Shown here in pieces: positions 47,988-59,524 of a stretch of DNA of 64,000 nt. Numbering within the stretch: the stretch's first letter is position 1; each line of letters opens with the position of its first letter. A program made the translations under genes and the position numbers. Origin of the DNA: Tubulanus polymorphus (taxonomy: Eukaryota; Animalia; Nemertea); contig NC_134034.1 of assembly GCF_964204645.1 (NCBI RefSeq), forward strand, positions 9,994,962 to 10,058,961, written 5' to 3'. Below the pieces are notes generated by a model. That model had not been told where the DNA came from. It saw nothing but the letters and a program-made list of their open reading frames with translations, and did no database searches.

Positions 47988-49088
47988 CTAGTCGCAACTA
48001 GACCGTTGATTGGTGATCGTTCTGAACGAAGGGACGACGCACACTCGTCTCGTGGCGTCTCTGAACCTCGCGTTCGTTAAACAATAGATGAAAAAGTTGC
48101 CGCACGAATCGACGATAGTCAACAACAGCGCCAATTTACGAAACACCATTTTCGTTTCGACGCTGAGAAATTTCGTATCGACGCGAAATAAAACGAGTAA
48201 ACGATCGACGCTACCGGGCATCTCGCAGACGAAAAAGAAAATAACGACGATCGTGACCATTTTGAGTATTTGTTTACTCTGCTGTGCGCTCTGAGTCGAC
48301 GTCCTCGACATCGTGGTCGCGTTGACGAATTTGCCGCGTTGCTTTTTCGCCGATTTCAAAGCTGTCATCAACAAACAGTTTGAGACGATTACTCCCACGA
48401 TGGGGAGCACGACGCCACCTATTGTGAATGAATATCGGTCAGGTACGGCGTATTTTTGTTTGATTTCGGGTTCTAGCAACGTTTTCCCCTCTAAGACGTA
48501 GGCGTATTGACCAGGTTTTAGGCAACGCCAACGCCACAGGGACGGGGATCTATCGGGAGCTATGAAATGCCAGAACAAGCCGAAGCTCCCGAGCCCGAAT
48601 ACGACCACGACTACGACGACAATTTTAGTCTTGAGGATGTTTTGGTGCGTGAAGGGAAACCGGACGGCCAGAAATCGCTCGACGCTGACCAGCACGACGG
48701 TCCAGTTGCGCAAAAGCAGCAACGGGAAAAAGAACGGCAGAGTTACCGTCGAAATGTCCCAGCCGAACGTCCAGTCGTCGAAACGAAATAAAGCCTCGCC
48801 TAGCGTGTGATGGACGCGTACTATACGAACGGGGTACATGAAGAACATGTCCAGCGAGAACAGCAAATCAAAAACGGCCAGGATTTTGATACCGCGGTAT
48901 GCGCTCGAGTTGTCCAACTGTCGCAGAACGACTAGCGTAAGGATATTGACGACGATGGCGATGGCGCAAACCGGGAAAATTACGAAAGCGAAGAGGTAGA
49001 AACTGAAGCGTGTGTACCATGTTATCGGCGGAATATCGTCACTAGTGCACGGTCTGCTGCTGCTGGTACTGCTGCTTGTCGTATTCAT
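47988..49088 (-). CDS. Intronless class A orphan GPCR, 366 aa (GPCR2)
   Basis: Seven TM segments; LAVFD, RNW..VERFLAVRFP, CEMP, DSCGNFFIY..NARFR. Confidence 0.9.
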   Translation of the reverse strand: MNTTSSSTSSSRPCTSDDIPPITWYTRFSFYLFAFVIFPVCAIAIVVNILTLVVLRQLDNSSAYRGIKILAVFDLLFSLDMFFMYPVRIVRVHHTLGEALFRFDDWTFGWDISTVTLPFFFPLLLLRNWTVVLVSVERFLAVRFPFTHQNILKTKIVVVVVVVFGLGSFGLFWHFIAPDRSPSLWRWRCLKPGQYAYVLEGKTLLEPEIKQKYAVPDRYSFTIGGVVLPIVGVIVSNCLLMTALKSAKKQRGKFVNATTMSRTSTQSAQQSKQILKMVTIVVIFFFVCEMPGSVDRLLVLFRVDTKFLSVETKMVFRKLALLLTIVDSCGNFFIYCLTNARFRDATRRVCVVPSFRTITNQRSSCD

Positions 49089-49714
49089 TTAACTGCCAAT
49101 TAATCAAGCACCCTGGTAACTAAACCTTACCAGGTATCAGATTTTAGTAACACATATCTTATATAGCTAATAATCCAAATAGCGATAGAGGAATCAAATA
49201 TTTTTCCTTTCCATGAGATAACCTGAATGATATTTGGACTGAATTTTCAGATGGATGGATTTCCCAATTAAACTCGTTTTTTTCACATGCAATTCCGCGT
49301 TTTTGCTAAGTGCATGTTGTAGTTGTAGGGTGTTATTTCATTTCAAATTTAACTCATTAGTTAGGATAGATTTTCTTCGATAATCATTATTCTACTCGTT
49401 CCAACATCTTCCATCACATCTACATAATGCGTTGTCCCTAGCTCCTGTCAGACTCCGTATCGAGTTTTAGATCAGAAAACTTTGAGAATCAGGGAACTCG
49501 GTAGCGTGTTGAGACTGCTGTAAATATTTCACCGAGTTGAGAATCAGGGAACTCGGTAGCGTTGAGACTGCTGTAAATATTTCACCGAGTTGAGAATCAG
49601 GGAACTCGGAATAGAGTGGAAATAGGTTTTTCTCAAATGAGTTAAACATAAACAACATAAAGTGGTTTATAAACGATTTTTATTTGAAGTTACTATTCAG
49701 GTAGCTTCTATTAA

Positions 49715-50716
49715 TTATTCGTATTTACAAACTAAATACGATTTTAACCATTTATCACACGTTGCGACTCCACATCCAACTTTCGATGCCGATTTCCAAG
49801 AATCCTAAATGATAAAATGAATACAATTTCATTGTCTCGAGTTAAGTTATTACGATTTAGTTATCTATGAATTCGACCAGTTCATTTTCAATATTTTAGC
49901 TCTGGGTCAAATCTGCATATGCACAATCGTGGCGGAACTGGATCCTGAATATTTTCAACGATTTAAAAGAAAAAAAAAACAATTCTACAATCAATACCTT
50001 TGTTACTGATCGTACGCAGTATTTGGCATTTCCCGGACAACCTTTTAGCATATTGTTGGTTTTCGTCGACCAAGCTTTAACAGCCGCTCTCATCAGATTC
50101 CTGACGGCGATCTCCTCGCTGACCATGTACAGGTTTTCCGCCTCGTCGTTACGGTACGATTCCATCGATGACTCGAATCCGCATATATTGGCGTGCGCTT
50201 TCGCCCGTTTCGCCAAATCGTTCGACCATTCCTATTTAAGAAACAAAACGCGTTACGATCGTTAGTAAGAATATATGCCAAGCCTAAACGACAAAAAATT
50301 ACGTATTGATTTCCATACGAAACCTTGTTAGTTGTTTAAATTATAATGTAATTTCTGAACGCGAAATTAATTAATTCATTCATTATTTTGAATATGGTCG
50401 ACATACGCAGCCTGGAACCAGGCGTTCTCTTTAGTCTGGACGTTCAATCTCTTAATAACAATCAATGTCTGGTGTTTGTAGTTCATATTCAAGCTCATGA
50501 AGTATGGTGATAACATCGCGAGATTCGTAATAAATATCTGAATAGGGGGCCAGGTAGCTAGCTACATGATGCTAACATGAGTAGAAAAAACGCACGAGAT
50601 TCACTTACGATTCCAGCCGATATTTTGTCGTGTTCAGCAATGGCTGTTGATCTCAGTTCACCGGCCGCGGCCACTCCCAAAAATACCAACAATAACGAAG
50701 CGCTAAGATACATCAT
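49715..50716 (-). CDS. Small secreted CAP/SCP/PR-1 domain protein, 143 aa (CAP2), paralogue of CAP1
   Basis: Exons 50716-50609, 50231-49998, 49804-49715 with the same structure as CAP1; homologous non-coding exon and TATA box at about 51290-51360. Confidence 0.88.
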
Positions 50717-50956
50717 CTGTAATCGACAATAATAGTGGGGAGAATTCTAAGTATTTCTTTACTTAGTCACTAGTGTCGCTAGTGTGCGGTGGGATACCAA
50801 CTACTGTGACAATAGAGGATACCGCGTAAGCATCCACCAGGTGTCGCTAGCGTGCAGGAACTAGTTCTATAAATGAACGTAAACGATCTAGACACGATTT
50901 TTAAAAACCAGTTTATCTTGATCGAGAACTAAATTTTGATCAATAATGTTTCCTAC

Positions 50957-51246
50957 ATCCTCGCTTGCCAGGGTTTGATTGCCTCCCGCCGCCGAAGTTC
51001 ACGCCAACACAAACCAAGCTGGCCGCAATTCATTCATTGATTCCACTCAGGGGCCATCGGTCTAACATATATTAAGCTTCTCAGAAGCGTTCCAAGATTC
51101 CTAAGGCGGACAGGTTGCCGTTCAGCGGCCACCAGTCTATACACATCTAGCCAATAAGATGCGTTGTATTGGTTGAGCGAATCCACCGGTGAAAAACAAC
51201 GCATCTGATTGGCTTAATGCAATCAATCCCTGGCAAGCGAGGTTGA
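50957..51246. mobile_element. MITE with CATCCTCGCTTGCCAGGG TIRs, in the CAP2 5' intron
   Basis: Ends CATCCTCGCTTGCCAGGG / CCCTGGCAAGCGAGGTTG; a truncated relative lies at about 33272-33495. Confidence 0.75.
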
Positions 51247-51914
51247 TATCCTCCTCTGAGGCACGCTGTCAGATATACATTCAAATACTTACGATTCTTT
51301 ACGGTGCAGACGAGTGAATTCGATGAACAATGATGACATTCAGACGCGTATTTATATCTAGATTCTGATTAAACGTCACGATCAAGCTGATGTTACATGC
51401 AATGATAGCTCGGTTATCGGGTTCATATCCGTCTGGATATGGTCTACCAGTGAGTGATAGGACGCGCAAACGCATCTGGCCCATTCCCAAAATCTTAGCA
51501 AGCCAGACTAAGTTTGTAGCGGTCGCGTTGTAACGAAAAAAAGATATAGTTCCTCGAGAAAAGCACCATTATCATGTCAATAAATCAACAAAGATTGCAG
51601 ATATATATCTGATACAGATGATAGTATTGATTTAATATCCACGTTATTATTAAGTTTTGTATGTTCTATATATCTGTATTGTAATTATATTAAAATCAAT
51701 ATTATCTTTATCTTTTAATCCTAACCTTTCATTTCACCCAGCACTAGCCATTTGGACTTTGTTCCTTTTGTGACGTACCTTTGGTAAACATCTATTTTTA
51801 TCTTTACTCTCACCCGATAATGATTGACGAACTTGTTTTTATTTCTGTTTGCATAGCCATACGGGGTGACATTGAAGCATGATTGAATTAACGCATACAT
51901 AGTATTGCGTAATC

Positions 51915-53265
51915 ATGAACCCAACCGGACAACTTTATTCGCAAAACAATGGTTTTTCAAAAAGATGGGCTACTGATGTTCTGTCATTGATCGAATTTAA
52001 ACAACAGGGTTATACAGACATCCTGGATATAGGCTGCGGTACCGGAGAAGTCACTAACGTGTTACTGAACCAAATCAATAATGTTGAAAAGATTATTGCT
52101 TTCGATAAGGTAAATATATATATAAAGGCTCAATTCTAAGAGACATTTAAAAAAACTAAGAGAGTATATAGTGACGTTTAAACATGAAAGATGTGAATGA
52201 CTCACAGCTAAATTTTCCACTCACGGCTATCAAATATTCTATTTCAGAACGAATCAATGATTGAATTGGCTCGATCAGAAAATTCGAATCCCAAAATTGA
52301 ATATCTAGTCGCTGATGTGACCAAACCCGAATCGTTCAGACCGGAGTGGCGACAGAAGTTTGATTTGATAACTTCATTTCTAGTCATCCACTGGACTCCG
52401 AATCAGTATTCGAATTTAGAAACGATGAAATCTCTACTTGCTCCGAACGGTGAAGTCATCCTGTTGATGTCAACAACATCGTCCATCGTCAGTATGTCCG
52501 AATTGGTAACAAACTTGGAAAAATGGTCCCCTTATTTTCAGGTATGAAACTAAAGCAGTTATGGATACTTGTAACTGCCCAGAAGACACTGATATTCCCA
52601 AAATCCCCGCATTAACCCCAGATCCCAGTCTTTCCTGGCTCCGTTACTTGGGAGCCTAATACTAAAGGTTTCTGACTAAACTGGTCATAAAAGAAACTAT
52701 ACATATAACTTTTATAATTTTTCAGGGATTCACTCCGGAATGGATATACGAACCGGGCTGGGAGGAATATACTGAATGGAGATATCCTGATGAAGTTACC
52801 GGATATCGACGAATGGCTGAATCGTTGGGGTTCACCGTTAAACAATGCACGAACAATTCTATCGATTATGTATACCCGGATCTACAATCTGTAAAAGGTT
52901 AGTGTTGGGAAACCTCCCCAGTCAGTCTCGAACTTAACGAGGAACAAGAAAAAAAATGAGTAGAACAAACGATCGTTTGTGTTTTGTGGTGCGACGCTGC
53001 AAGGGATGGAAGGGGAGTGAATATGTAGCCCATTGAATATGATCCACAAGCCTGGACTGGTTATGTCCGGAAATAACGTTATCAATCGATTTCAGATGCC
53101 TACAGGACGTATCTACCGCAGGCAAAGCGAATTCCCGAAGCGAAAATATCCGAAATCATCGACGACGCCATGGACGTTTTCTTGACGAAATTCCCACTGG
53201 ATGAAAATGGAAAGTCGCATATGATTGGCGACGCGTTTGTTATGCATTTGCAAAACAACTCATAG
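51915..53265 (+). CDS. Class I SAM-dependent methyltransferase, juvenile hormone acid O-methyltransferase-like, 276 aa
   Basis: Exons 51915-52109, 52248-52541, 52726-52897, 53096-53265. N-terminal LYSQNN, motif I ILDIGCGTG, AFDKNESMIELAR, IEYLVADV, FDLITSFLVIHW, LLAPNG. Confidence 0.85.
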
Positions 53266-53665
53266 ATACGATCCACCATCCGGTACTGGTGTGGCAAGCG
53301 AGGATCCACCAGGTGCGCTAGCGTGTACTCGAACAACGATGCCGTATGTTTTGCACACATTCAATTAAACTCTATCCGTTTGTTCTCAAATTATAGTGAA
53401 ATACTTGCGTTTGAGTTTTACTTGAACTTATCGTTAACGAAGTTGGTATACGACTTTCTGCGATAGACACGAATGGTACGGATCTAAAAACATTATTCAA
53501 TATTTACTTCATTCAATGTCATTTAATCGTGTAACGTATTTAGTAGTAAGCATTGAAATTTTACACAATAAACATTTCGCAAATCTGGTGAAATTGTATT
53601 AGATTTATGAGAGGGTTGGTTTTCACTTGTTATTCGATGACATATTGTAACGTTGTGTTATTTAG

Positions 53666-54240
53666 ATCATACAATCCCTATACCCAGTTTGCCATGGGTT
53701 GCTACTATCACTTAACCGATCAATTCGTCTGTTTGATGACATATGTCATCCACGTCTATATTCTACCTTTAACTTTGATAATTGTATCAAATTCTGTGAT
53801 AATAATTCAGTTATTCAGAGGCTCTAAAATGGTTTCGTCCGATCAGAAAACTACAAAATCGCAACGAACAACAATAATGCTTGTAACAGTTTCACTAGCA
53901 TTCGCAATATTTACACTTCCATCCACTATAACTATTCCTACCAATATCGTTGCATCAAAAAGAATTCATTTTAGACATATTCAGTAAAATGTTGTTGTAT
54001 AACTAAGACCTTCAGCCATACCACACCAGACAGACGCGTGATTTATTGATTATCATTTGTTCTAAAATGATAAGTTTATTTTATTGAAGAGGTCCATAGA
54101 ACTGTCCAGTGGTTTACGCTACAACTTCACAACTCGATTCACTTCAATCCTACTTTCTCGTTCTTAATAACTTGATAACTGTCATTCTCTTGATTATCAT
54201 TATATTTTTCCACTTTTTTCATTTTCGTATGAAACAATCT
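53666..54240 (+). pseudogene. Fragment of a class A GPCR (TM5-TM6, degraded TM7)
   Basis: YILPLTLIIVSNSVIIIQL...RTTIMLVTVSLAFAIFTLP, then a stop at 53987; no TM1-TM4 exons recognised nearby. Confidence 0.6.
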
Positions 54241-54714
54241 TTCTCGCATGAAATGGGACTAACTAACTGCTTCTAAACGGCTCGCTAATGCTGACAAAAA
54301 TATAACAATCCATCCGAACTCATAGTTCTTATCTATGTATTGTCTATCATATTTTAAAGTTGATTATCACTGAAGAAACACCGTTCGCGTACGTGTCTGC
54401 TGACTCACAACAAAATATTGACTCGCTTTAAATCAATAATTTACTAGTAAAACGAATACCCCTTGACCGATTTACTTGAAATTTACGTCAGATGTACCAA
54501 ATGCAGGTACCTATTAACCCCCGGAAGGGATTTCTTATTGTTGACTTAGTTCACCCACCAGGGGGCGTTTGTTCAGACTACTTATTAGGAGATGCCACTC
54601 AGACAGCAAAGTAGTATCCTGCCCTCAAGAAGACGTAGTCAAACCGGTGTCTCCTACCTACAAGGGATTGAAAATCATTAACATTGCGATACTAGATGAA
54701 AGGCCACTTCAATT

Positions 54715-57139
54715 TCAAAGATGCACTTCGCCGATATTCAGATTCTTTTCGGCGAAATATTCCCGCATTTGCGCGGCAAAATTTTGCATTCGCCAAAGCT
54801 CGAGTAGCGACCCGCGCTCTTTGAAAAAGTTCCGCTTTCGTTCAAATTGGCTAACGGGCAACACGTAATGGCGCTTAGAACCGTCTTTCAATACCTGTTC
54901 GTAGTTATAGGTTAACGCGTATTCGGTATTATCGATCGTCACGGCCCCGCTGTCGTATTTCCTCAGCGAAATTCGCAACACCGCCGCACCGTCGACCCAC
55001 TGTATACGATATCGCTGGCGACTGTAAAAGTTACCCAAAGAAAACGCGACGAACGTGTCGGCGTCTCGGTTCCAGAGCATCGGCTGCAGCACGTGCGCGT
55101 GCGACCCGACGACCACGTTGACGCCTAATCTCGAGAAGATGTTCAACCAACGCGTCTGGCGCGAGGACTCGCATTCCTGGTATTCCTTACCCCAGTGAAC
55201 GTACGCTATCATCTGATCGACGTTCTTGACAGCTGCAAACGATACGTCCCGTTCGATCGCCGCCTCGTCCAGCACGTTCACGATGTAAGGCAACGGGAAC
55301 GAACTGAAGCTATTGTACGCGTCGGTATAGAACAAAATGGCGATTTGTATACTGCGTTTAGTTAGAATCAGCGGCGAATTCTTTTTCCTGTCGCGTTCGT
55401 TTAGAAACGTACCCGAACGTCGAATGCGAAGGGAATCGAGGGTTTTGATTGTGCTTTCTACTCCGTCGGTTTTTCGATCGAAAGCGTGGTTGTTCGCAGT
55501 CGACAGCGCGTCGAAGCCGACATCTCTCAGGGCTCGAGGTAGCGCCGCCGGACCGCTGAAACGTGGGAAGCCGGTGTAAGGTTTATGACCGATTGGCAAT
55601 TCCAAGTTGCCGATTGTGAAATCGGTAGCATTCAGTATATGCCGCATGTACCTGGAAAAATTAATTCTATGTAAATTACTGAAATAAAGAATCTCACAAT
55701 AAGAATAGTAACTAAAATTCCGAAATTTGCCAAATTTCGGAATTTTAGTTACTATTCTTATTGAAGCTCAAAGATGGTCCTTGAGCTACTAGTTTATTTC
55801 GACTTCTACTTGATCCCAATAGTCATCTTCAGGATTATGGGAATGAAGTCAAAACGTTGAAATAACCTATGGTAGGTCAAGGAAATATTTTGGACTGGCT
55901 CTATTTCTTATAGTGGCATTTCACATTATCGTTACAACACGTGCACTGTGTTTCATCAATGGGTACTAAGTATATTATTCACTGTGGCAAGTGAGGATCC
56001 GCCAGGTGTTCTAGCGTGCAGTAGGACATCAACTACCGGTACAGTGACATGATTCCATATTATGATTCCACATATTCCATAAGTCGTCATCCACAAAAAA
56101 AGCATCGAAGATCTCTCTGTCCGTGATGATACTGTGCTCAAATAGTGCCATGTACCCGTCGTCTTTGGTACAGTTTTATCACACAAGAAGATCGTAGAAA
56201 TGCCGTTTTCACAATTATACGACACGTTTTTAGTACGGTAATGATACATTGGCACGGTTTGGTGACGTTAAACTGTACCAAAAATGTACCGAAATTTTAC
56301 CAGTGAACCGTAAAATGGAAAAAGTGTTATACCTGAACGAGTAGTCAAAATTGTAGAGTCCAGTTTTGTTGTTGAATGCAGCTTTCTGTAACGTATCGTG
56401 TCCCATTATATCTCCTGTGAACTGTAGAGTCACTGTTTGATAACGACCATAGTGATTGCGACGCCTTCTCAACATCAGGGTGTAATACACAACAACCAAT
56501 ATCAACAGTATAAAACCTGCTCCTACAAGTCTCTTTATTCTGAAACAAAAAAATTACTCAGTGATCCATCTCAGACTTGTTACATTTCTGTTTTTGTCCA
56601 TCGGAAAAATTAGAACCCCCGTGAAGCTGGCTCCCAGTTCCCGGTTCCCGGTTTGGCTCCCGATTCAAAACCATTGAATCGGGAGCCGAATCGGGAACCG
56701 GGAGCCGGCTACGGGTTCGGCTCCCGATTCAAAATGTGAAGCTGGCTACTTATTCGATTCGACTCTATTGCGGACAGCAGGTAAACATAATTGCATAACT
56801 ATGTCTGCTGATATGAGTTGACCGCAACCTTGTCCTCGGCCACCAGGCTAATCGAGACGTCTGTATTAACACCATGCGTGTGACGATTGCCTCCCGATTC
56901 AAAACCATTTTGAATCGGGAGCAGAATCGGGAACCGGGAACCGGGAGCCAGCTTCACGGGGTGAAATTAGATGGGTGTCCATGAGGTGAGGACAAGTTTC
57001 GACTTTCAAGTTTAGTGAAAATTTTACATAAATCTTACAAAATTATACATATAGTAGGTTTTGATTGTGTGGCTATTCGACTACGGGGAATGAACTACCT
57101 TAATGAACTTGGTGAATATGTTGTTTACCTACTGATCAT
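54715..57139 (-). CDS. CapA-like (PGA_cap, poly-gamma-glutamate capsule synthesis family) metallophosphoesterase with N-terminal membrane anchor, copy 1
   Basis: Exons 57139-57129 (ATG ATC AGT AG, tentative), 56539-56333, 55651-54715. Motifs FTGDIMGH, GNLE, GFDALSTANNHAFD, VHWGKEY, VVGSHAHVLQP, FSLGNF; anchor LVGAGFILLILVVVYYTL. Confidence 0.88.
56617..56961. mobile_element. Palindromic MITE/foldback element in intron 1 of capA-like copy 1
   Basis: TIRs CCCCGTGAAGCTGGCTCCC / GGGAGCCAGCTTCACGGGG; internal CTCCCGATTCAAAACCATT(TT)GAATCGGGAG hairpins. Confidence 0.8.
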
Positions 57140-57337
57140 GACTCCTATGCGACTTGCACGACTTGCATCGACTGATCTGTAAAGCTTGAAGGCGTATAGG
57201 GATACACCAGCAGCGCTAGAACAGCTGCAGATGTTTTATAATGAACCTAACACAGAATACAGGACTTTCGCGAGTGACAGCTTGTGGGCCGCCGCCTGTT
57301 TAACAACAGGGAACCTTATTGGGTAATATTGGGTAAT

Positions 57338-57880
57338 AGACCAGGAGCCACGGACATTTTATTCATAGGAAGAGAGAAAAATTGTTTAACATGCCCAATT
57401 TGTAGGAAACCACCCGAGTAACAACGAATGACGTTGCTGCCGGGTCATAGCCTGTACCTTTGGCCTAGGCGAGCCCCTAAAAGGGGGGTAAAATTTATTT
57501 TCAAGTAGCCTTATACACATGGAAGTAAATAATGTAAGTTTCATTCATTTCTCGCTATCTTTGAATAACTTTATTTTCAGCCCCCCCCCCCAAAAAAAAT
57601 GCCACTGTTTAGGCCCCGGTACAGAAAAAAACTGCTGTCATGCTGAAAAATGATATACCTACATTCATTTCTATGATTATCGATTAAATTATGCATTTCT
57701 AATGATCTTTGAATAAAGATAAATTTTACCCCCCTTTTAGGGGCCCGCCCTAGGCCAAAGGTACAGGTTATGACCCGGCAGCAACGTCATTCGTTGTTAC
57801 TCGGGTGGTTTCCTACAAATTGGGCATGTTAAACAATTTTTCTCTCTTCCTATGAATAAAATGTCCGTGGCTCCTGGTCT
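57338..57880. mobile_element. MITE with ~160-bp near-perfect TIRs between the two capA-like genes
   Basis: AGACCAGGAGCCACGGACATTTTATTC...GGGGGGTAAAATTTA is mirrored at about 57720-57880. Confidence 0.9.
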
Positions 57881-59524
57881 CCACAATCCCAACGTTCTTT
57901 TGGTAAAGATCAATGATCATCAACCAGAGCATAGTTGTAGTACAATAGCCACACTTAAACGTGGTGAACGGACGATAAGATAAAAAAACCCACTGGTTGG
58001 GTCTTATGCCTTATCTTATGGTTGGGTTTTTATCTTATCAACCACAGCAACTTGTTGAGATCCCCGCATGAGACCTGCAAGGCCCTCCCAAAATTATCCA
58101 AAGCCCTGCTTCAACTTTCAGAATTCGAGCCCATTTATACAAATCTATCTTGCTGGTACGTTCGTCAAAATAACTACTTCGTAGAAAACAATGATTAATT
58201 ATTTGCATCTCTTCCTAGAATTGATATTTTGATTGGCATCTCTTACTAGATATTTCAATTCTTGAGAGGACTGAATTCTAGTGAGATGATTTATGATAGG
58301 GAAGTTAATGATATTCTAGAATATTGAATTTTGTTAGATTGTGCCAGGATGATAGATTCAGCTTTTATATGTTCATATGTTCCCCTACTCGTTACACCTG
58401 TTATCATTCCATTGTGACCACATTCTCAGTGTCAAGAACCTGCGGACTGTGGTAGCTCTTCATCTTCACAGATCTATTGTTTAAAAAATAATTTTTCAAT
58501 CATATTTTCGTTGTTGATTTTTCAATATGGTCGGTATTTCAGATTGGATTAAACAAATTTGTTCTCAGAAGGATGCTGGCGTTGAGCAGTGGCATTAACA
58601 AGGTTAGGGTTATATAACTGTAACTGGGATCTTGAAACGGTCGCTGGTTGTTATGATGCCAATATTATTATATCGTTATGCAAGAAGGACCTAGATATTG
58701 AAGATTTAACTATGCTACGCCGATGTGTCGGGCAGAACGCTTCTGTACATCTCCAGAGATCTGTTCGAAAAAAAGAATATCCTTTTTCAACGGATTTACG
58801 TTTTTAATTCTTAACGCGAGCCTCTTGATTTCGATATGTTGATACATGGACATAAGAAAATCCCACAATTGGAAAAATATCGATCGTTTCATTGATCATC
58901 GGATTTTCAGTCAGCGAATGAACTAGGAATGTCTAGACTAGTTATTTATACTCCAATATATCTCTCGATAATGCGCATAAACCATTGCTAAATAGAACGA
59001 TCATTTCAATTTGTGTCATATGCATTAGAAATCATCTATGAATTTATGTACCAGTATCTATGACTCTGGCGCACATTAACGTCCCCTATTTATCCGTCAG
59101 CTGCGGCTAATTTCATATTTGTCTGTACATCGTAACAATCGGAACGTACGATTTCAGCCAGGATCATATAGAAAGAGAATCTCGATGCGGGAGTATGGGG
59201 GCACATACTGAATTTTACTGAATTCTAATTTTTTAATTCTAACGTGTCGCGCTAGTGGAGCGAAACTGTTGATCCTTTCCCTGCTGTAGATATCCTGTGC
59301 GTTAGGTAAGTTTCCATCTTAGCTGAGATAGCTCATTTTGCGATATCCAGGTAAGCTCCAATTGCTCGAATCATAATTGTATATTTTACCCTGCGAGATA
59401 GGTCACTTGATGCGTTTTGCCGCTTTGGAAAATCTTAAGTAGCTGAATAGTAAATGAAACGGGTAAATAAATTAATTATGATAAACGAATGAATTGATAG
59501 CATATAAAACTATCATTTTAGAGA

